The notes under the pieces are model-generated. The model ran no database searches and had not been told where the DNA came from. It worked only from the letters and a program-made list of their open reading frames with translations. Of a DNA stretch of 64,000 bases, positions 18,840-29,093 are shown in pieces. The DNA comes from an uncultured Geobacteraceae bacterium (lineage in GTDB: Bacteria > Desulfobacterota > Desulfuromonadia > Geobacterales > Pseudopelobacteraceae). The stretch spans positions 70 through 64,069 of the forward strand of contig CAIYZD010000133.1 of assembly GCA_903930585.1 (NCBI GenBank). The letters run 5' to 3'. A program made the position numbers and the translations under genes. Position 1 is the stretch's first letter; each line of letters begins with the position of its first letter.

Positions 18840-19816
18840 AAATTATAAGCGACGACCGCCTCGGTCCATTTTTTGACTCCCTTGCACAGACGTGGGAACT
18901 GCGGCTGCCAATCCTGCTCCCGGACGGCAGCCGTGTTATCAGCTCTCCGGGTGACGCCCCCCCTGCCCTGCTTGGCGGCGCAGTCCTGAGCAAGCCGACC
19001 GCTGCGTTTTTTCCTCAACAGGGAACGATATTCACCACCTCCAAAGAGGGATTGAAGGAACCGGCCGCTCCGGAGCGCCCGCTCTTCGTACTCGGCTTTA
19101 CCCCCCGTGACCTCGCCTGCCTCCGTTTCATCGATCGTTTTTTTGCCGACGGCCGGAGCGACGACATCTACTTCCGTCAACGTCAACATGCCGTAGTAGC
19201 CGGATTGTCCGGGTATTGCGGCCCGAACGGGGCACTGATTCCCCCGGCTGGCGGCGACTGCGATCTGGAATTTTTCCGGTATGAGGGCAACTGGCTGGTC
19301 ATTCCGTACAGCGAGGCGGGCAGGTCGATTATCGCGGCTCTGCCCGGCTCTGTTCCGCCCGAAGCGGTGGCACTCTACCGCCAGGCCGCGCTGACTCCTC
19401 CGGACGAAAATGAGCGACTGCTCCGGCGTGCCTCGGAACTGCTGCGTGCCAACCGCGTCCCCGATTCGTTCTGGGGAGAGATCGGCGACCGCTGCATCGC
19501 CTGCACCGGCTGCAATTTGTCCTGTCCCACCTGCACCTGCTTCGGCGTGCAGGATTGGCGATCAGCCAAACAGGTCGAGCGGAGCCGCATGTGGGATTCC
19601 TGTCAACTGGACGGTTTCATGCGTGAGGCAAGCGGTCACAACCCGCTCGGGAGCGAAGCACTCCGCACCCGGCGGCGCATCCATCACAAGCTGGCCGCGG
19701 ATCCGGAAAAATGGGGGGAAATAAGTTGTTTTCTCTGCGGACGTTGCGACGTAGTCTGTCCTACCGGGATCGGGATTATCGCCGTATCGCGGGAGTTGGT
19801 TGCGCGATTCGGGTAG
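18836..19816 (+). CDS. 4Fe-4S dicluster subunit (AsrA / sulfhydrogenase beta-like)
   Basis: 326 aa, with an ATGA overlap with fdhA. It has two ferredoxin-type motifs, CIACTGCNLSCPTC and CFLCGRCDVVCP. Confidence 0.75.
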   Translation: MKIISDDRLGPFFDSLAQTWELRLPILLPDGSRVISSPGDAPPALLGGAVLSKPTAAFFPQQGTIFTTSKEGLKEPAAPERPLFVLGFTPRDLACLRFIDRFFADGRSDDIYFRQRQHAVVAGLSGYCGPNGALIPPAGGDCDLEFFRYEGNWLVIPYSEAGRSIIAALPGSVPPEAVALYRQAALTPPDENERLLRRASELLRANRVPDSFWGEIGDRCIACTGCNLSCPTCTCFGVQDWRSAKQVERSRMWDSCQLDGFMREASGHNPLGSEALRTRRRIHHKLAADPEKWGEISCFLCGRCDVVCPTGIGIIAVSRELVARFG

Positions 19817-19834
19817 ACACAAAAACGACAAGTA

Positions 19835-21463
19835 CTATTCCCTGATCTGCTCCAATATCGCTTGGATGTCCGCCTGACCGGCGATCTCGCATTGTTCGTC
19901 AAGGACAGAGGCGAGTATTGCTTCGGTGGTCAGGGGGTTAGCCATCACCACGCGGAAAACGGTTATGGTGTCACCATTGTAGCGCCCCGGAGCGAGGCGA
20001 GTTCGGGAGACGAAGCTCCTTCCGGCCTCGCGCTGGCGTTTCTGCATGGTTTCGATGATTTTGTCGAGCAGTTCGTTAATGCGGGCTGCCAACTCCGGCG
20101 ACGCCTGGGCCAGGAGTGTTTGCACCCAGGCCGGGATGTAGCGGTAGGTAAGGATGTTGAGTTCGGGCTCGGATACCAGCTCGAAATCGGGATGGGCGTC
20201 GATGCGCCGGGCAAAGCGACTGGCGCGCTCGATACCCTGATCTATGAGCAGTTCATATCCCTTGCGACCAATGATGGAAAGACCGGCATGCACCAGCATG
20301 GCCATACCGGGGCGTGATCCTTCAAGGGTGCGACTCCCCAGATCCCTCGAACCCCGACGAATGATATAGGCGGCATGATGTTCGATGGAAGAGAGGGTTG
20401 CGGGATCCTTGAACAGTACCATACCGGCGCCCATGGGAACATAGAGTTGTTTGTGAGCGTCGATTGTCACCGAATCGGCCCGTTCGATCCCCTTCAGCAG
20501 TCCACGGTAGGTATCGGAAAACAGGGTCGGTCCACCCCAGGCAGCATCCACATGGAAGTGGCACCCCAGCTCCGCGGCCAGATCTGCCATGGCTTCCAGA
20601 GGATCGACGTTGCCCGTTTCGGTGGTGCCGCCGATGCCGACAAGGCTCAATAGACGGATCCCCTCGCCTCGCAGCCGTCTGCAGTGTTCCTGAAGCCGTT
20701 TCAGGTCGATGCGGTTGTTGTCGTCCGTTTCCACCGCGATGAGGTTGTCCCTGCCGATGCCCAGCAAGTCTGCGGCTTTGCCCAGGGAATAATGTCCGCG
20801 GCGGGACACCAGTATGGCCAACCCCTGGCAATCAAGGTGTTGCAGCGCCTTGAGCAGTCCCACCCGCGAGATCCCCTTAAAATCGCCCGAGGGCCCGCAG
20901 AGGCGGTTGCGGGCCGTCCAGAGGGCAGTGACGTTGGCAATGGTACCGCCGGAACAGAACGCCCCCAGAGAGTAGCTGCTGTTCTGAATCCACTGGCGGT
21001 AAAAATCATCACTGCCGTTGTAGATCAGGCGATGGATCATGGCCAGCACCTGCCGCTCCATGGGTGTAAACGCGCGAGAAGTTTCCACTTTGACCAGATT
21101 CTGGTTAAGAGCGGTCAGAATCCGGGAGAGCGGGAGCATAAAATACGGCAGGGCGGAGGTCATATGCCCGATGAACCCCGGTGAGGCCGTGTGCACGGAT
21201 TGGGAAACAAGTTTTTCCTTGAGGAATTCCGTGTAGTCCGAAACGTAGGTGGGATCTTCCGGGATACGTGACGTGGAAAAATCCATCTCGATTTCGTCGA
21301 GATCACGCTCAACAGCAACGATATGTTCCTGCAAAAAACCCATCAGATCATCGGAAATAGCCTGATCGATGCGCCCCAGAGTGGAGTCGGGGGCTTCCGG
21401 GATGGTAAAAATCCGGTAGATATTTTCCAGGTTGGCTTGGGCAAGTTCTCTTGATTTTGGCAT
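19835..21463 (-). CDS. Group II pyridoxal-phosphate-dependent decarboxylase
   Basis: 542 aa with a PLP-lysine motif (SVTIDAHKQLYVPMGAG) and a group II decarboxylase layout. The substrate cannot be told from the sequence alone. Confidence 0.8.
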   Translation of the reverse strand: MPKSRELAQANLENIYRIFTIPEAPDSTLGRIDQAISDDLMGFLQEHIVAVERDLDEIEMDFSTSRIPEDPTYVSDYTEFLKEKLVSQSVHTASPGFIGHMTSALPYFMLPLSRILTALNQNLVKVETSRAFTPMERQVLAMIHRLIYNGSDDFYRQWIQNSSYSLGAFCSGGTIANVTALWTARNRLCGPSGDFKGISRVGLLKALQHLDCQGLAILVSRRGHYSLGKAADLLGIGRDNLIAVETDDNNRIDLKRLQEHCRRLRGEGIRLLSLVGIGGTTETGNVDPLEAMADLAAELGCHFHVDAAWGGPTLFSDTYRGLLKGIERADSVTIDAHKQLYVPMGAGMVLFKDPATLSSIEHHAAYIIRRGSRDLGSRTLEGSRPGMAMLVHAGLSIIGRKGYELLIDQGIERASRFARRIDAHPDFELVSEPELNILTYRYIPAWVQTLLAQASPELAARINELLDKIIETMQKRQREAGRSFVSRTRLAPGRYNGDTITVFRVVMANPLTTEAILASVLDEQCEIAGQADIQAILEQIRE

Positions 21464-21677
21464 GGTGTCAGGTCACCGCTTTTCAACTGGTTGAATAAGT
21501 TGGCGAAAAGCATGTTTTCGCATGAGATGTAACGCCGTGATAAAAAAACGAATATCCCTGTATACAGAACCGACCCTCCTTCTGTCAAATCCAAAAAGGA
21601 TGGGGCGGTTGAATCACTTCATACTGAGGTCAAAGTGTGCTATATCTTGCCGTCACTCTGCAACTGAAGGAATCATC

Positions 21678-24578
21678 ATGGCACACGATAAAATCATCAT
21701 CAAAGGCGCCTGCGAGCACAACCTCAAGTGCATCGACGTCGAAATCCCCCGCGACCAACTGGTCGTCATTACCGGCCTCTCCGGTTCCGGCAAATCCACC
21801 CTGGCATTCGATACGATCTACGCCGAGGGGCAACGCCGCTATGTCGAGTCGCTCTCATCCTACGCCCGCCAGTTCCTGGAGCAGATGGAAAAACCGGATG
21901 TCGAATCGATAGAGGGGCTGTCGCCGGCCATCTCCATCGAGCAGAAGACCACCAGTAAAAACCCCCGTTCCACAGTCGGTACCGTCACCGAAATTTACGA
22001 CTACCTCCGGCTGCTGTTTGCCCGGGTCGGGCATCCACACTGTACCGCCTGCAATAAGGAGATCACCTCGCAAACGGTGTCCCAGATGGTGGACCAGATC
22101 ATGGCATTGCCGGCGGGGACGAAACTGACCCTGCTTGCCCCGATGATCCGCGGCCGCAAAGGTGAATACAAAAAAGAACTCAACCAGCTGCGCAAAGAGG
22201 GATTTACCCGCGTTGTGCTCGACGGAGCGCTCCGGGAGCTGTCCGATGACATTGAGATGGACAAAAAGAAAAAGCACGATATCGATATCGTGGTTGACCG
22301 GATCGTCGTCAAGGAGAGTATACAGCGCCGTCTGGCCGATTCACTGGAAACGGCCCTGCACCATGCCGACGGGGTGGTAAAAGTGGATGTGGTTACGCCG
22401 GTGGCCGATAATTCCGTAGGGGCGCATGGCATGCGCCCTGATGCCGACAAATCTGTTAAACCGGGCGGACGCCGTCCGCCCCCACCAACGACCCTCCTCT
22501 TCTCGGAAAAACTCGCGTGCGTCGATTGCGGCTTGTCATACCAGGAAGTTACTCCGCGGCTGTTTTCTTTCAACAACCCCCATGGCGCCTGCCCGGAATG
22601 TACCGGACTCGGTACCCGCATGTACTTTGATGCCGATCTGGTCATCCCGAATCAGGAGCTCTCCCTGCGTGAAGGAGCCATCGCACCGTGGGAAAAACGC
22701 CTCTCCGGCTGGTTTCACCTGATTCTGGATGCGCTGGCAAAAGCCTATGCGTTCGACATCCGCACCCCCTTCAAGGATCTGTCGGAACAGGTTCGCGACG
22801 TGATTCTGAATGGCTCCAAGGGGGAAAAGATTGAATTCTGGTGGGAGGAAGATGGTGAACGCCGCCACACCTACCAGAAGGAATTCGAGGGAGTACTGAA
22901 CAATCTGCAGCGCCGCTGGCGCGAGACCGAATCAGACGCGGCGCGTGAAGAGCTGGAAAAATATATGAACGTCATGCCCTGTCCGACCTGTCAGGGGGCC
23001 CGGCTTCGCCCCGAAGCGCTGCATGTGCTGGTGGGAGGCACGACCATCAGGGATGTGACGGCGCTTTCGATTCGCGACACTCTCCGCTTCTTCGAAGAGT
23101 TGACGCTGACCGACAAGGAGCAGGAGATCGCCCGCCGAATCTTGAAGGAAATTCGCGAACGGCTTTCATTCCTGGTCAACGTCGGCCTGGACTACCTGTC
23201 GCTCGACCGCACCTCCGGCACCCTCTCCGGGGGCGAGGGGCAGCGCATCCGCCTGGCAACCCAGATCGGTTCAAGCCTGGTCGGCGTGCTGTATATCCTG
23301 GATGAACCCTCCATCGGCCTGCATCAGAGGGACAACGCCCGCTTGCTCGGCACGCTCAAACGGTTGCGCGACATCGGCAACACGGTGCTGGTGGTGGAAC
23401 ATGATGAAGAAACCATCCTGGAGGCCGATCATCTGATCGACATGGGACCGGGCGCCGGAGTACATGGCGGCGAAGTCGTGGCCCAGGGGACTCCTGCCAT
23501 GGTTATGAATAACCCGGCGTCACTGACCGGGCGCTACCTCTCGGGCGAGCTCTCCATCGCCGTTCCGAAGAAACGACGCACGGGGGAGAAGTCACTCCGC
23601 ATTGTCGGCGCATCCGAGAACAATTTAAAGGATGTCACCGTCGATATCCCGCTCGGCGTCATGACCTGCGTGACCGGCGTTTCCGGTTCCGGCAAGTCAA
23701 CCCTGATTATCGACACTCTGCACAAGGTGTTGGGACAACGTCTCTACCGGAGCCGCGAAAAGGCCGGCGCCGTGCGGGACGTGCGGGGACTGGAGTTTCT
23801 CGACAAGGTCATCAACATCGACCAGTCTCCCATCGGTCGCACCCCGCGCTCCAACCCGGCCACCTATACCGCCGTATTCAGCGATATCCGCGACCTGTTC
23901 TCCAACCTCCCCGAATCCAAGCTGCGCGGTTACAAGCCGGGACGCTACTCGTTCAACGTCAAGGGGGGGCGCTGTGAGGCGTGCTCCGGCGACGGCATCA
24001 TCAAGATCGAGATGCACTTCCTGCCGGATGTCTACGTGGAATGCGAAGTCTGCAAAGGGGCCCGCTACAACCGCGAAACTCTGGAGGTACATTTCAAGGG
24101 GAAATCGATTGCTGAAGTGCTCGATATGACCGTCTCGCAGGCGCTGGAATTCATGGGAGCCATTCCTCGTATCAAGAACAAACTGGCCACGCTGGAAGAG
24201 GTCGGGCTCGGTTATATCAAGCTGGGGCAGGCGGCCACCACCCTCTCGGGGGGTGAAGCCCAGCGGGTCAAGCTGGCCAAGGAGCTGTCCAAACGCGCCA
24301 CCGGCCGGACTATTTATATCCTTGACGAACCGACCACCGGCCTGCATTTCCATGATATCGCCAAACTGCTGGAGGTAATTCAACGGCTGGTCGATTCGGG
24401 AAATACCATCGTGATCATCGAGCATAATCTTGACGTGATCAAGACAGCCGACTGGGTCATCGACCTGGGGCCGGAAGGGGGCGACCGGGGGGGAGAGATC
24501 ATCGCGACCGGCACCCCGGAGCAGGTAGCCAGGGTAACCAGATCGTACACGGGGCAGTATTTAAGGAAGTTGCTGTAG
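21678..24578 (+). CDS. uvrA: Excinuclease ABC subunit A
   Basis: The start is reassigned to the ATG at 21678 ([17 protein letters not shown]). It has two ABC ATPase modules ([18 protein letters not shown]), zinc modules and near full-length collinearity with E. coli UvrA, apart from a roughly 25-aa insertion. Confidence 0.96.
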   Translation: MAHDKIIIKGACEHNLKCIDVEIPRDQLVVITGLSGSGKSTLAFDTIYAEGQRRYVESLSSYARQFLEQMEKPDVESIEGLSPAISIEQKTTSKNPRSTVGTVTEIYDYLRLLFARVGHPHCTACNKEITSQTVSQMVDQIMALPAGTKLTLLAPMIRGRKGEYKKELNQLRKEGFTRVVLDGALRELSDDIEMDKKKKHDIDIVVDRIVVKESIQRRLADSLETALHHADGVVKVDVVTPVADNSVGAHGMRPDADKSVKPGGRRPPPPTTLLFSEKLACVDCGLSYQEVTPRLFSFNNPHGACPECTGLGTRMYFDADLVIPNQELSLREGAIAPWEKRLSGWFHLILDALAKAYAFDIRTPFKDLSEQVRDVILNGSKGEKIEFWWEEDGERRHTYQKEFEGVLNNLQRRWRETESDAAREELEKYMNVMPCPTCQGARLRPEALHVLVGGTTIRDVTALSIRDTLRFFEELTLTDKEQEIARRILKEIRERLSFLVNVGLDYLSLDRTSGTLSGGEGQRIRLATQIGSSLVGVLYILDEPSIGLHQRDNARLLGTLKRLRDIGNTVLVVEHDEETILEADHLIDMGPGAGVHGGEVVAQGTPAMVMNNPASLTGRYLSGELSIAVPKKRRTGEKSLRIVGASENNLKDVTVDIPLGVMTCVTGVSGSGKSTLIIDTLHKVLGQRLYRSREKAGAVRDVRGLEFLDKVINIDQSPIGRTPRSNPATYTAVFSDIRDLFSNLPESKLRGYKPGRYSFNVKGGRCEACSGDGIIKIEMHFLPDVYVECEVCKGARYNRETLEVHFKGKSIAEVLDMTVSQALEFMGAIPRIKNKLATLEEVGLGYIKLGQAATTLSGGEAQRVKLAKELSKRATGRTIYILDEPTTGLHFHDIAKLLEVIQRLVDSGNTIVIIEHNLDVIKTADWVIDLGPEGGDRGGEIIATGTPEQVARVTRSYTGQYLRKLL
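22420..22481. repeat. Two perfect 19-nt palindromes inside uvrA
   Basis: GGGCGCATG-g-CATGCGCCC (22420-22438) and GGGCGGACG-c-CGTCCGCCC (22463-22481), separated by 24 nt. They encode the extra peptide [22 protein letters not shown]. Confidence 0.9.
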
Positions 24579-24605
24579 ATACCAACTAACATCCATACCG
24601 GCAGC

Positions 24606-25457
24606 TCAGCTGACCAGACTCCGCAACAGCGCCAGATTTACGGCGTCCATCTCGTCGTTGTCCCCTTTCGGGGTCTCCAGAATTTTCGGCACCGTGGCAA
24701 AACGGGGATCATTCAGGATGAAACGGAACGGATTCAACCCCAGCGCCCCCTGCCCGATATGATCATGCCGGTCGACCCGTGAACCGAGCCCCTTTTTGGA
24801 ATCGTTGAAGTGAAAACAGTGCAGCCGGTCAAGGCCGATGATCCGGTCGAACTGCGCCATTGTGTCATGATACCCCTCTTGGGTGGCGGTGTCGTACCCG
24901 GCTGCAAAGGTATGGCACGTATCGAAGCAGACCCCGAATTTTTCCGGGAACCGTGAACCGGCGATTATCGCACCCAACTCTTCAAACGTCCTCCCCAGGT
25001 TACTCCCTTGCCCCGCCGTTGTCTCCAACAGCACCTTCCCCTCGAACCGGGGGACCTCTCCGAAAAGCTGGTCAAATGCCGCAACAACCCGTGCCAGGCC
25101 GCTCTGGGGAGAGTCAGCCAGGTGCGATCCGGGGTGCATAACAATCTTGTCGATGCCCAGCCGCACACAGGTTTCCAGCTCATCGCGAAATGCCGCCAGA
25201 CTTTTGTCGCGAGTTTCCCCCGGTGGGGCGGCCAGATTGATCAGGTAGATATCGTGGGAAATGACCTCATGCAAACCGGAAGCAGCAAGCTTACTGCGAA
25301 ACAGAACGACATCGGCCTCGCTGACCGGTTTGCCGCGCCACTGGTTGGAGTTGCGGGTAAATACCTGAAGAACATTGCAGCCGGCTGCGACAGCCCGGTC
25401 AATGGCGAAGTGCAGCCCCCCCGAGATGGACATGTGGGCACCCAGGTAATCTTTCAT
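24606..25457 (-). CDS. nfo: Endonuclease IV
   Basis: The start is reassigned to the ATG at 25457 (MKDYLGAHMSISGG), which overlaps the moeA stop (ATGA). It has a TIM-barrel AP endonuclease 2 pattern (HGSYLINL-like, CFDTCH, HFNDSK). Confidence 0.9.
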   Translation of the reverse strand: MKDYLGAHMSISGGLHFAIDRAVAAGCNVLQVFTRNSNQWRGKPVSEADVVLFRSKLAASGLHEVISHDIYLINLAAPPGETRDKSLAAFRDELETCVRLGIDKIVMHPGSHLADSPQSGLARVVAAFDQLFGEVPRFEGKVLLETTAGQGSNLGRTFEELGAIIAGSRFPEKFGVCFDTCHTFAAGYDTATQEGYHDTMAQFDRIIGLDRLHCFHFNDSKKGLGSRVDRHDHIGQGALGLNPFRFILNDPRFATVPKILETPKGDNDEMDAVNLALLRSLVS

Positions 25458-26680
25458 CGTGCCGCCTCCGTAAGGTCGCAATAGTTTCCGTAAAAATGGA
25501 CATCAACCTCATCGCCTGCGGCAAAGTAGCAGCTCTCGGCCGGCAGGACGGCAAGCGCCTGGGCGTCAACCATGGTTTTCAAAATGGCGGTCTGCTGATT
25601 ACCGGCCGAACCGGCAAACCAGCGTCCCTCTTCATACTCCAGCTTTATCCGGACAATCTGGATCTTGCCCGGTTTTTTGGTTATTTCCTCCCGCAGGATC
25701 GCCTTGAACAGTGGGCGCAACACTCGCTGATGCCCCTGCATCTTCAGCAGCGCGGGGCGAACAAATTCCTCGAACGTGATCATGGTTGAGACCGGGTTTC
25801 CCGGCAGCGAAAAGACCGGCGTTGCTCCGAACATGGCAAAAGCGGTCGGCCCTCCCGGCTTTACTCCGACTTTCCAAAAGATCCGTTCCGCGCCCATTTT
25901 CTCCAGTATCCCCCGCACCAGATCGCAATCTCCAGCCGAAACTCCGGCAGAAGTGATCAGGACATCGGCTTTCAACCCTTCCCGCAGTTTTTCAATATGA
26001 CTCTCCTCGGTGTCACGAGCGATACCGAGGAGACGGGGGACACATCCTGTCTCCCGAACGGCGGCAGCCAATGAAAGCATATTGCTGTTGACGATTTCTC
26101 CCGGACCGGGGCTCCGCCCCAGTTCGATCAGTTCGTCTCCGGTAGAAAGAATCGCCACAACCGGCCGGCGATAGACCGGAACCTGTGCGATACCGAAGTT
26201 TGCCAGAATATTTATTTCGGGCGCCCGGATAATCGCCCCGGCATGCACGAAAACGGCGCCGGACATCACATCTTCGCCACGTACGCGGATATGCTGCCCC
26301 TTTGTTACCGACTGCTGCAGCGTCACCTCCAGATGACCATCGTCGGTTTCCTCGACCGGTACAACCGCATCACACCCGGAGGGTGTCGGCGCGCCGGTCA
26401 TGATCCGCACGGCACACCCCTGTTCAACGCCAATACCTTCAGCCTTGGCTCCGGCCGGCAGAAAGCCGGTTACTCTCAGCCGGCAGAGCGGCTGGTTACA
26501 ATCGGCACTCCGGATCGCATAGCCATCCATGGCCGAATTGTCCCAAAGCGGCATATCCCACGGAGCAATCATGTCCTGTGCCAGTACCTGACCAACGGAA
26601 TCAAGTAATCCGACCTGTTCGACTCCGACCGGAATGATCTGTTCGAGAATAACCTGACGGGCCCGTTCAAATGTAAGCAT
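25454..26680 (-). CDS. moeA: Molybdopterin molybdenumtransferase
   Basis: 408 aa. It has the MoeA N-terminal pattern (PLWDNSAMDGYA), a central MoCF-binding domain (VAILSTGDEL, ITSAGVSAGDCD) and a MoeA C-terminal domain. Confidence 0.92.
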   Translation of the reverse strand: MLTFERARQVILEQIIPVGVEQVGLLDSVGQVLAQDMIAPWDMPLWDNSAMDGYAIRSADCNQPLCRLRVTGFLPAGAKAEGIGVEQGCAVRIMTGAPTPSGCDAVVPVEETDDGHLEVTLQQSVTKGQHIRVRGEDVMSGAVFVHAGAIIRAPEINILANFGIAQVPVYRRPVVAILSTGDELIELGRSPGPGEIVNSNMLSLAAAVRETGCVPRLLGIARDTEESHIEKLREGLKADVLITSAGVSAGDCDLVRGILEKMGAERIFWKVGVKPGGPTAFAMFGATPVFSLPGNPVSTMITFEEFVRPALLKMQGHQRVLRPLFKAILREEITKKPGKIQIVRIKLEYEEGRWFAGSAGNQQTAILKTMVDAQALAVLPAESCYFAAGDEVDVHFYGNYCDLTEAAR

Positions 26681-26810
26681 ACTATTTAACTCCCTTCAAA
26701 GCGAAAATCTGCCATAGCATAGCAGAAGATCAATAAAACACAATACGATTGCCAATACCACCGCGATTGCTATAATACGGACACCGACACGATGGGAGGA
26801 GCAGTCCCGA

Positions 26811-27587
26811 ATGCCCGATAACACATGCCTCACGCATTTTCCACTTTTCGACAGTCATTTCCATATTATCGACCGCAGGTTTCCGCTGACCCCCAACAAC
26901 GGCTACCTGCCGGACGATCTGACCTGCAGCGATTACCTGACGCACGTTTCCGCATATGACCTGCGCGGCGGCGCGATTGTTTCCGGGTCATTCCAGTCCT
27001 TTGACCAGAGTTATCTGCTGGATGCCCTTCGTACCCTCGGCCCCGGCTTTGTCGGAGTCACCCAGCTTCCCACAACGGCTACCGACGCTGAAATTCTGGA
27101 GTTGGACGGAGCGGGAGTTCGGGCCGTACGCTTCAACCTCAAGCGGGGCGGATCGGAAGACGTGCGGCATCTGGACACGATGGCACGGCGGGTACATGAA
27201 CTGGCCGGCTGGCATGTGGAGCTGTATGTGGATTCGCGGGAACTGGCCGGATTGGTTGAGACGCTGACCGCTCTTCCGGCAGTCAGTATCGACCATCTGG
27301 GGTTGGCACGGGAGGGTTTCGGGACGCTGCTCAAGCTGGCCGGATGCGGGGTACGTGTCAAGGCAACCGGTTTCGGCCGGGTGGATTTCGATGTGCCGGA
27401 CGCGCTCAAACAGCTCCATGCAGCCAATCCTCAGGCTTTGATGTTCGGCACCGATCTCCCCTCTACCCGTGCGCCGCGCCCCTACGCGGACAGCGATTTT
27501 CTGCTGGTAGCTGAAACACTGGGGGGCGAAGCGGCGCGGGCTGTTCTGTTCGATAATGCGGAAAATTTTTATCGACCGCTACGGTAA
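26811..27587 (+). CDS. Amidohydrolase-2 family metal-dependent hydrolase
   Basis: 258 aa with an N-terminal FDSHFHI (HxH) metal motif and TIM-barrel amidohydrolase length. The substrate is unknown. Confidence 0.7.
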   Translation: MPDNTCLTHFPLFDSHFHIIDRRFPLTPNNGYLPDDLTCSDYLTHVSAYDLRGGAIVSGSFQSFDQSYLLDALRTLGPGFVGVTQLPTTATDAEILELDGAGVRAVRFNLKRGGSEDVRHLDTMARRVHELAGWHVELYVDSRELAGLVETLTALPAVSIDHLGLAREGFGTLLKLAGCGVRVKATGFGRVDFDVPDALKQLHAANPQALMFGTDLPSTRAPRPYADSDFLLVAETLGGEAARAVLFDNAENFYRPLR

Positions 27588-27595
27588 CCTACCGG

Positions 27596-28459
27596 TTACG
27601 AATACTTCCCGACAAGCAGCGCCACCTTTTCTTTGGTCGCTGTGGGGATGGCGGCACGGTCGGTGATCACCGCATACCGCATGGCACTGCCGCAGGAGCA
27701 GGTCCGTTCAGCGGCAATTTCGGCCACAGCATGACGGATAATGTTTTTTGCCATGGCCACATTTTGATGAATGATCCGGATAATCGCTTCGACCGTCACA
27801 TCCTCGTGAGAATCGTGCCAGCAGTCATAATCGGTTGACAGCGCGATGATTCCGTAGCAGATCTCGGCCTCCCGCGCAAGCTTGGCTTCGGTCAGGTTGG
27901 TCATGCCGATAACCGAGGCCCCCAGAGCCAGATAGGAAAATGATTCGGAACGGGTCGAAAAGGCCGGCCCTTCCATGCAGATGTACGTGCCACCCTTGTG
28001 CGTTGTTGCTCCGGCCTGCTGGGCAGCGACAAACAGGGTGTCGGAAAGAGTGCCGCAGACCGGATCGGCGAAGCCGACATGAGCGACAATCCCATCGCCG
28101 AAAAAGGTATCCTTCCTGATCCCCTTGGTACGGTCGAAAAACTGATCCGGAATCACGATATGGCCCGGTGCTATGGCATCTTTCAGACTTCCCACCGCCG
28201 AGACGGAAATAATCCGCTCCACGCCGAGCGTCTTCATGCCGTAGATGTTGGCGCGGTAGTTGACCTCGGACGGGAGCAGTCGGTGACCCCGGCCATGGCG
28301 GGGAAGAAAGACCATCTTTACCCCGTTCAGCACCCCGGTGACATACTCGTCGGAAGGAGCACCGAAGGGGGTTTCAATCGTAATCCGTTCAACCCGCTCC
28401 AACCCTTCCATATCATACAGGCCACTGCCGCCAATAACGCCGATAGTTGTTTTGCTCAT
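27596..28459 (-). CDS. mtnP: S-methyl-5'-thioadenosine phosphorylase
   Basis: The start is reassigned to the ATG at 28459, preceded by GAGGAA (MSKTTIGVIGGSGLY). The PNP/MTAP family pattern continues through FLPRHGRGH and GMT..PEAKLAREAE. Confidence 0.9.
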   Translation of the reverse strand: MSKTTIGVIGGSGLYDMEGLERVERITIETPFGAPSDEYVTGVLNGVKMVFLPRHGRGHRLLPSEVNYRANIYGMKTLGVERIISVSAVGSLKDAIAPGHIVIPDQFFDRTKGIRKDTFFGDGIVAHVGFADPVCGTLSDTLFVAAQQAGATTHKGGTYICMEGPAFSTRSESFSYLALGASVIGMTNLTEAKLAREAEICYGIIALSTDYDCWHDSHEDVTVEAIIRIIHQNVAMAKNIIRHAVAEIAAERTCSCGSAMRYAVITDRAAIPTATKEKVALLVGKYS

Positions 28460-28603
28460 ACTGTCGCTTCCTCTCATGCTTTATATAATTTTGAATTCAT
28501 CCCTCATCCCCCCGCAATATATCAGAGATGAACCTGATCGTGAAGCCTATTCGGTTGACAAAATACCCTCCGTCACCGTAAAGTTGCTGACACTGGGACC
28601 GTT

Positions 28604-29086
28604 ATGATGTCTATCGACACACTCAAACAAAAATTCAAAAAGATCCTTTCACTGGATGCCCATCCCGGGCACATTTCCGCCGGTTTTGCCGTGGGAGTTT
28701 TTATCAGCTTCACCCCATTTTTCGGTTTGCACACGCCAATGGCAATCGCATTGGCCTTCCTCCTTCGCCTCAACAAGCTGACCTGCATTACCGGCGCCTG
28801 GATCAATACCCCGCTGACAATGGTTCCGGTGCTGGTGGCCAGCTATAATCTGGGACGGTTCCTGCGGGGAAAATCAGCCAAACCGCTCACCTTCACAAAC
28901 CTTGACTGGCACTCTCTCCAGCCCTACGCCAAGTCTATCCTGCTGGGGAGTTCCATCATCGGATTTCTGGCTGCGGTGGCCGCCTACTTTATCTGCTACT
29001 GGCTGGTAACGTTTTTTCGGCGCAAGGACGCCGCGCTGCGGGAGATAACGCGCGAGATGGAAGAGGTTGGCGAAGAACTGGAATAG
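28604..29086 (+). CDS. DUF2062 membrane protein
   Basis: 160 aa. HISAGFAVGVFISFTPFFGLHT...WINTPLT is typical of DUF2062, and three to four hydrophobic segments are present. Confidence 0.75.
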   Translation: MMSIDTLKQKFKKILSLDAHPGHISAGFAVGVFISFTPFFGLHTPMAIALAFLLRLNKLTCITGAWINTPLTMVPVLVASYNLGRFLRGKSAKPLTFTNLDWHSLQPYAKSILLGSSIIGFLAAVAAYFICYWLVTFFRRKDAALREITREMEEVGEELE

Positions 29087-29093
29087 ACCGTAT

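Noticed and set aside
21558-21567. CTGTATACAG palindrome upstream of uvrA as a LexA/SOS box
   Set aside because: The half-sites are only 4 nt apart, whereas the E. coli-type box is CTG-N10-CAG. The nearby GGTTGAAT repeats do not fit the GGTT-N10-ACC-type box reported for Geobacter-like LexA either. I could not support an SOS operator.
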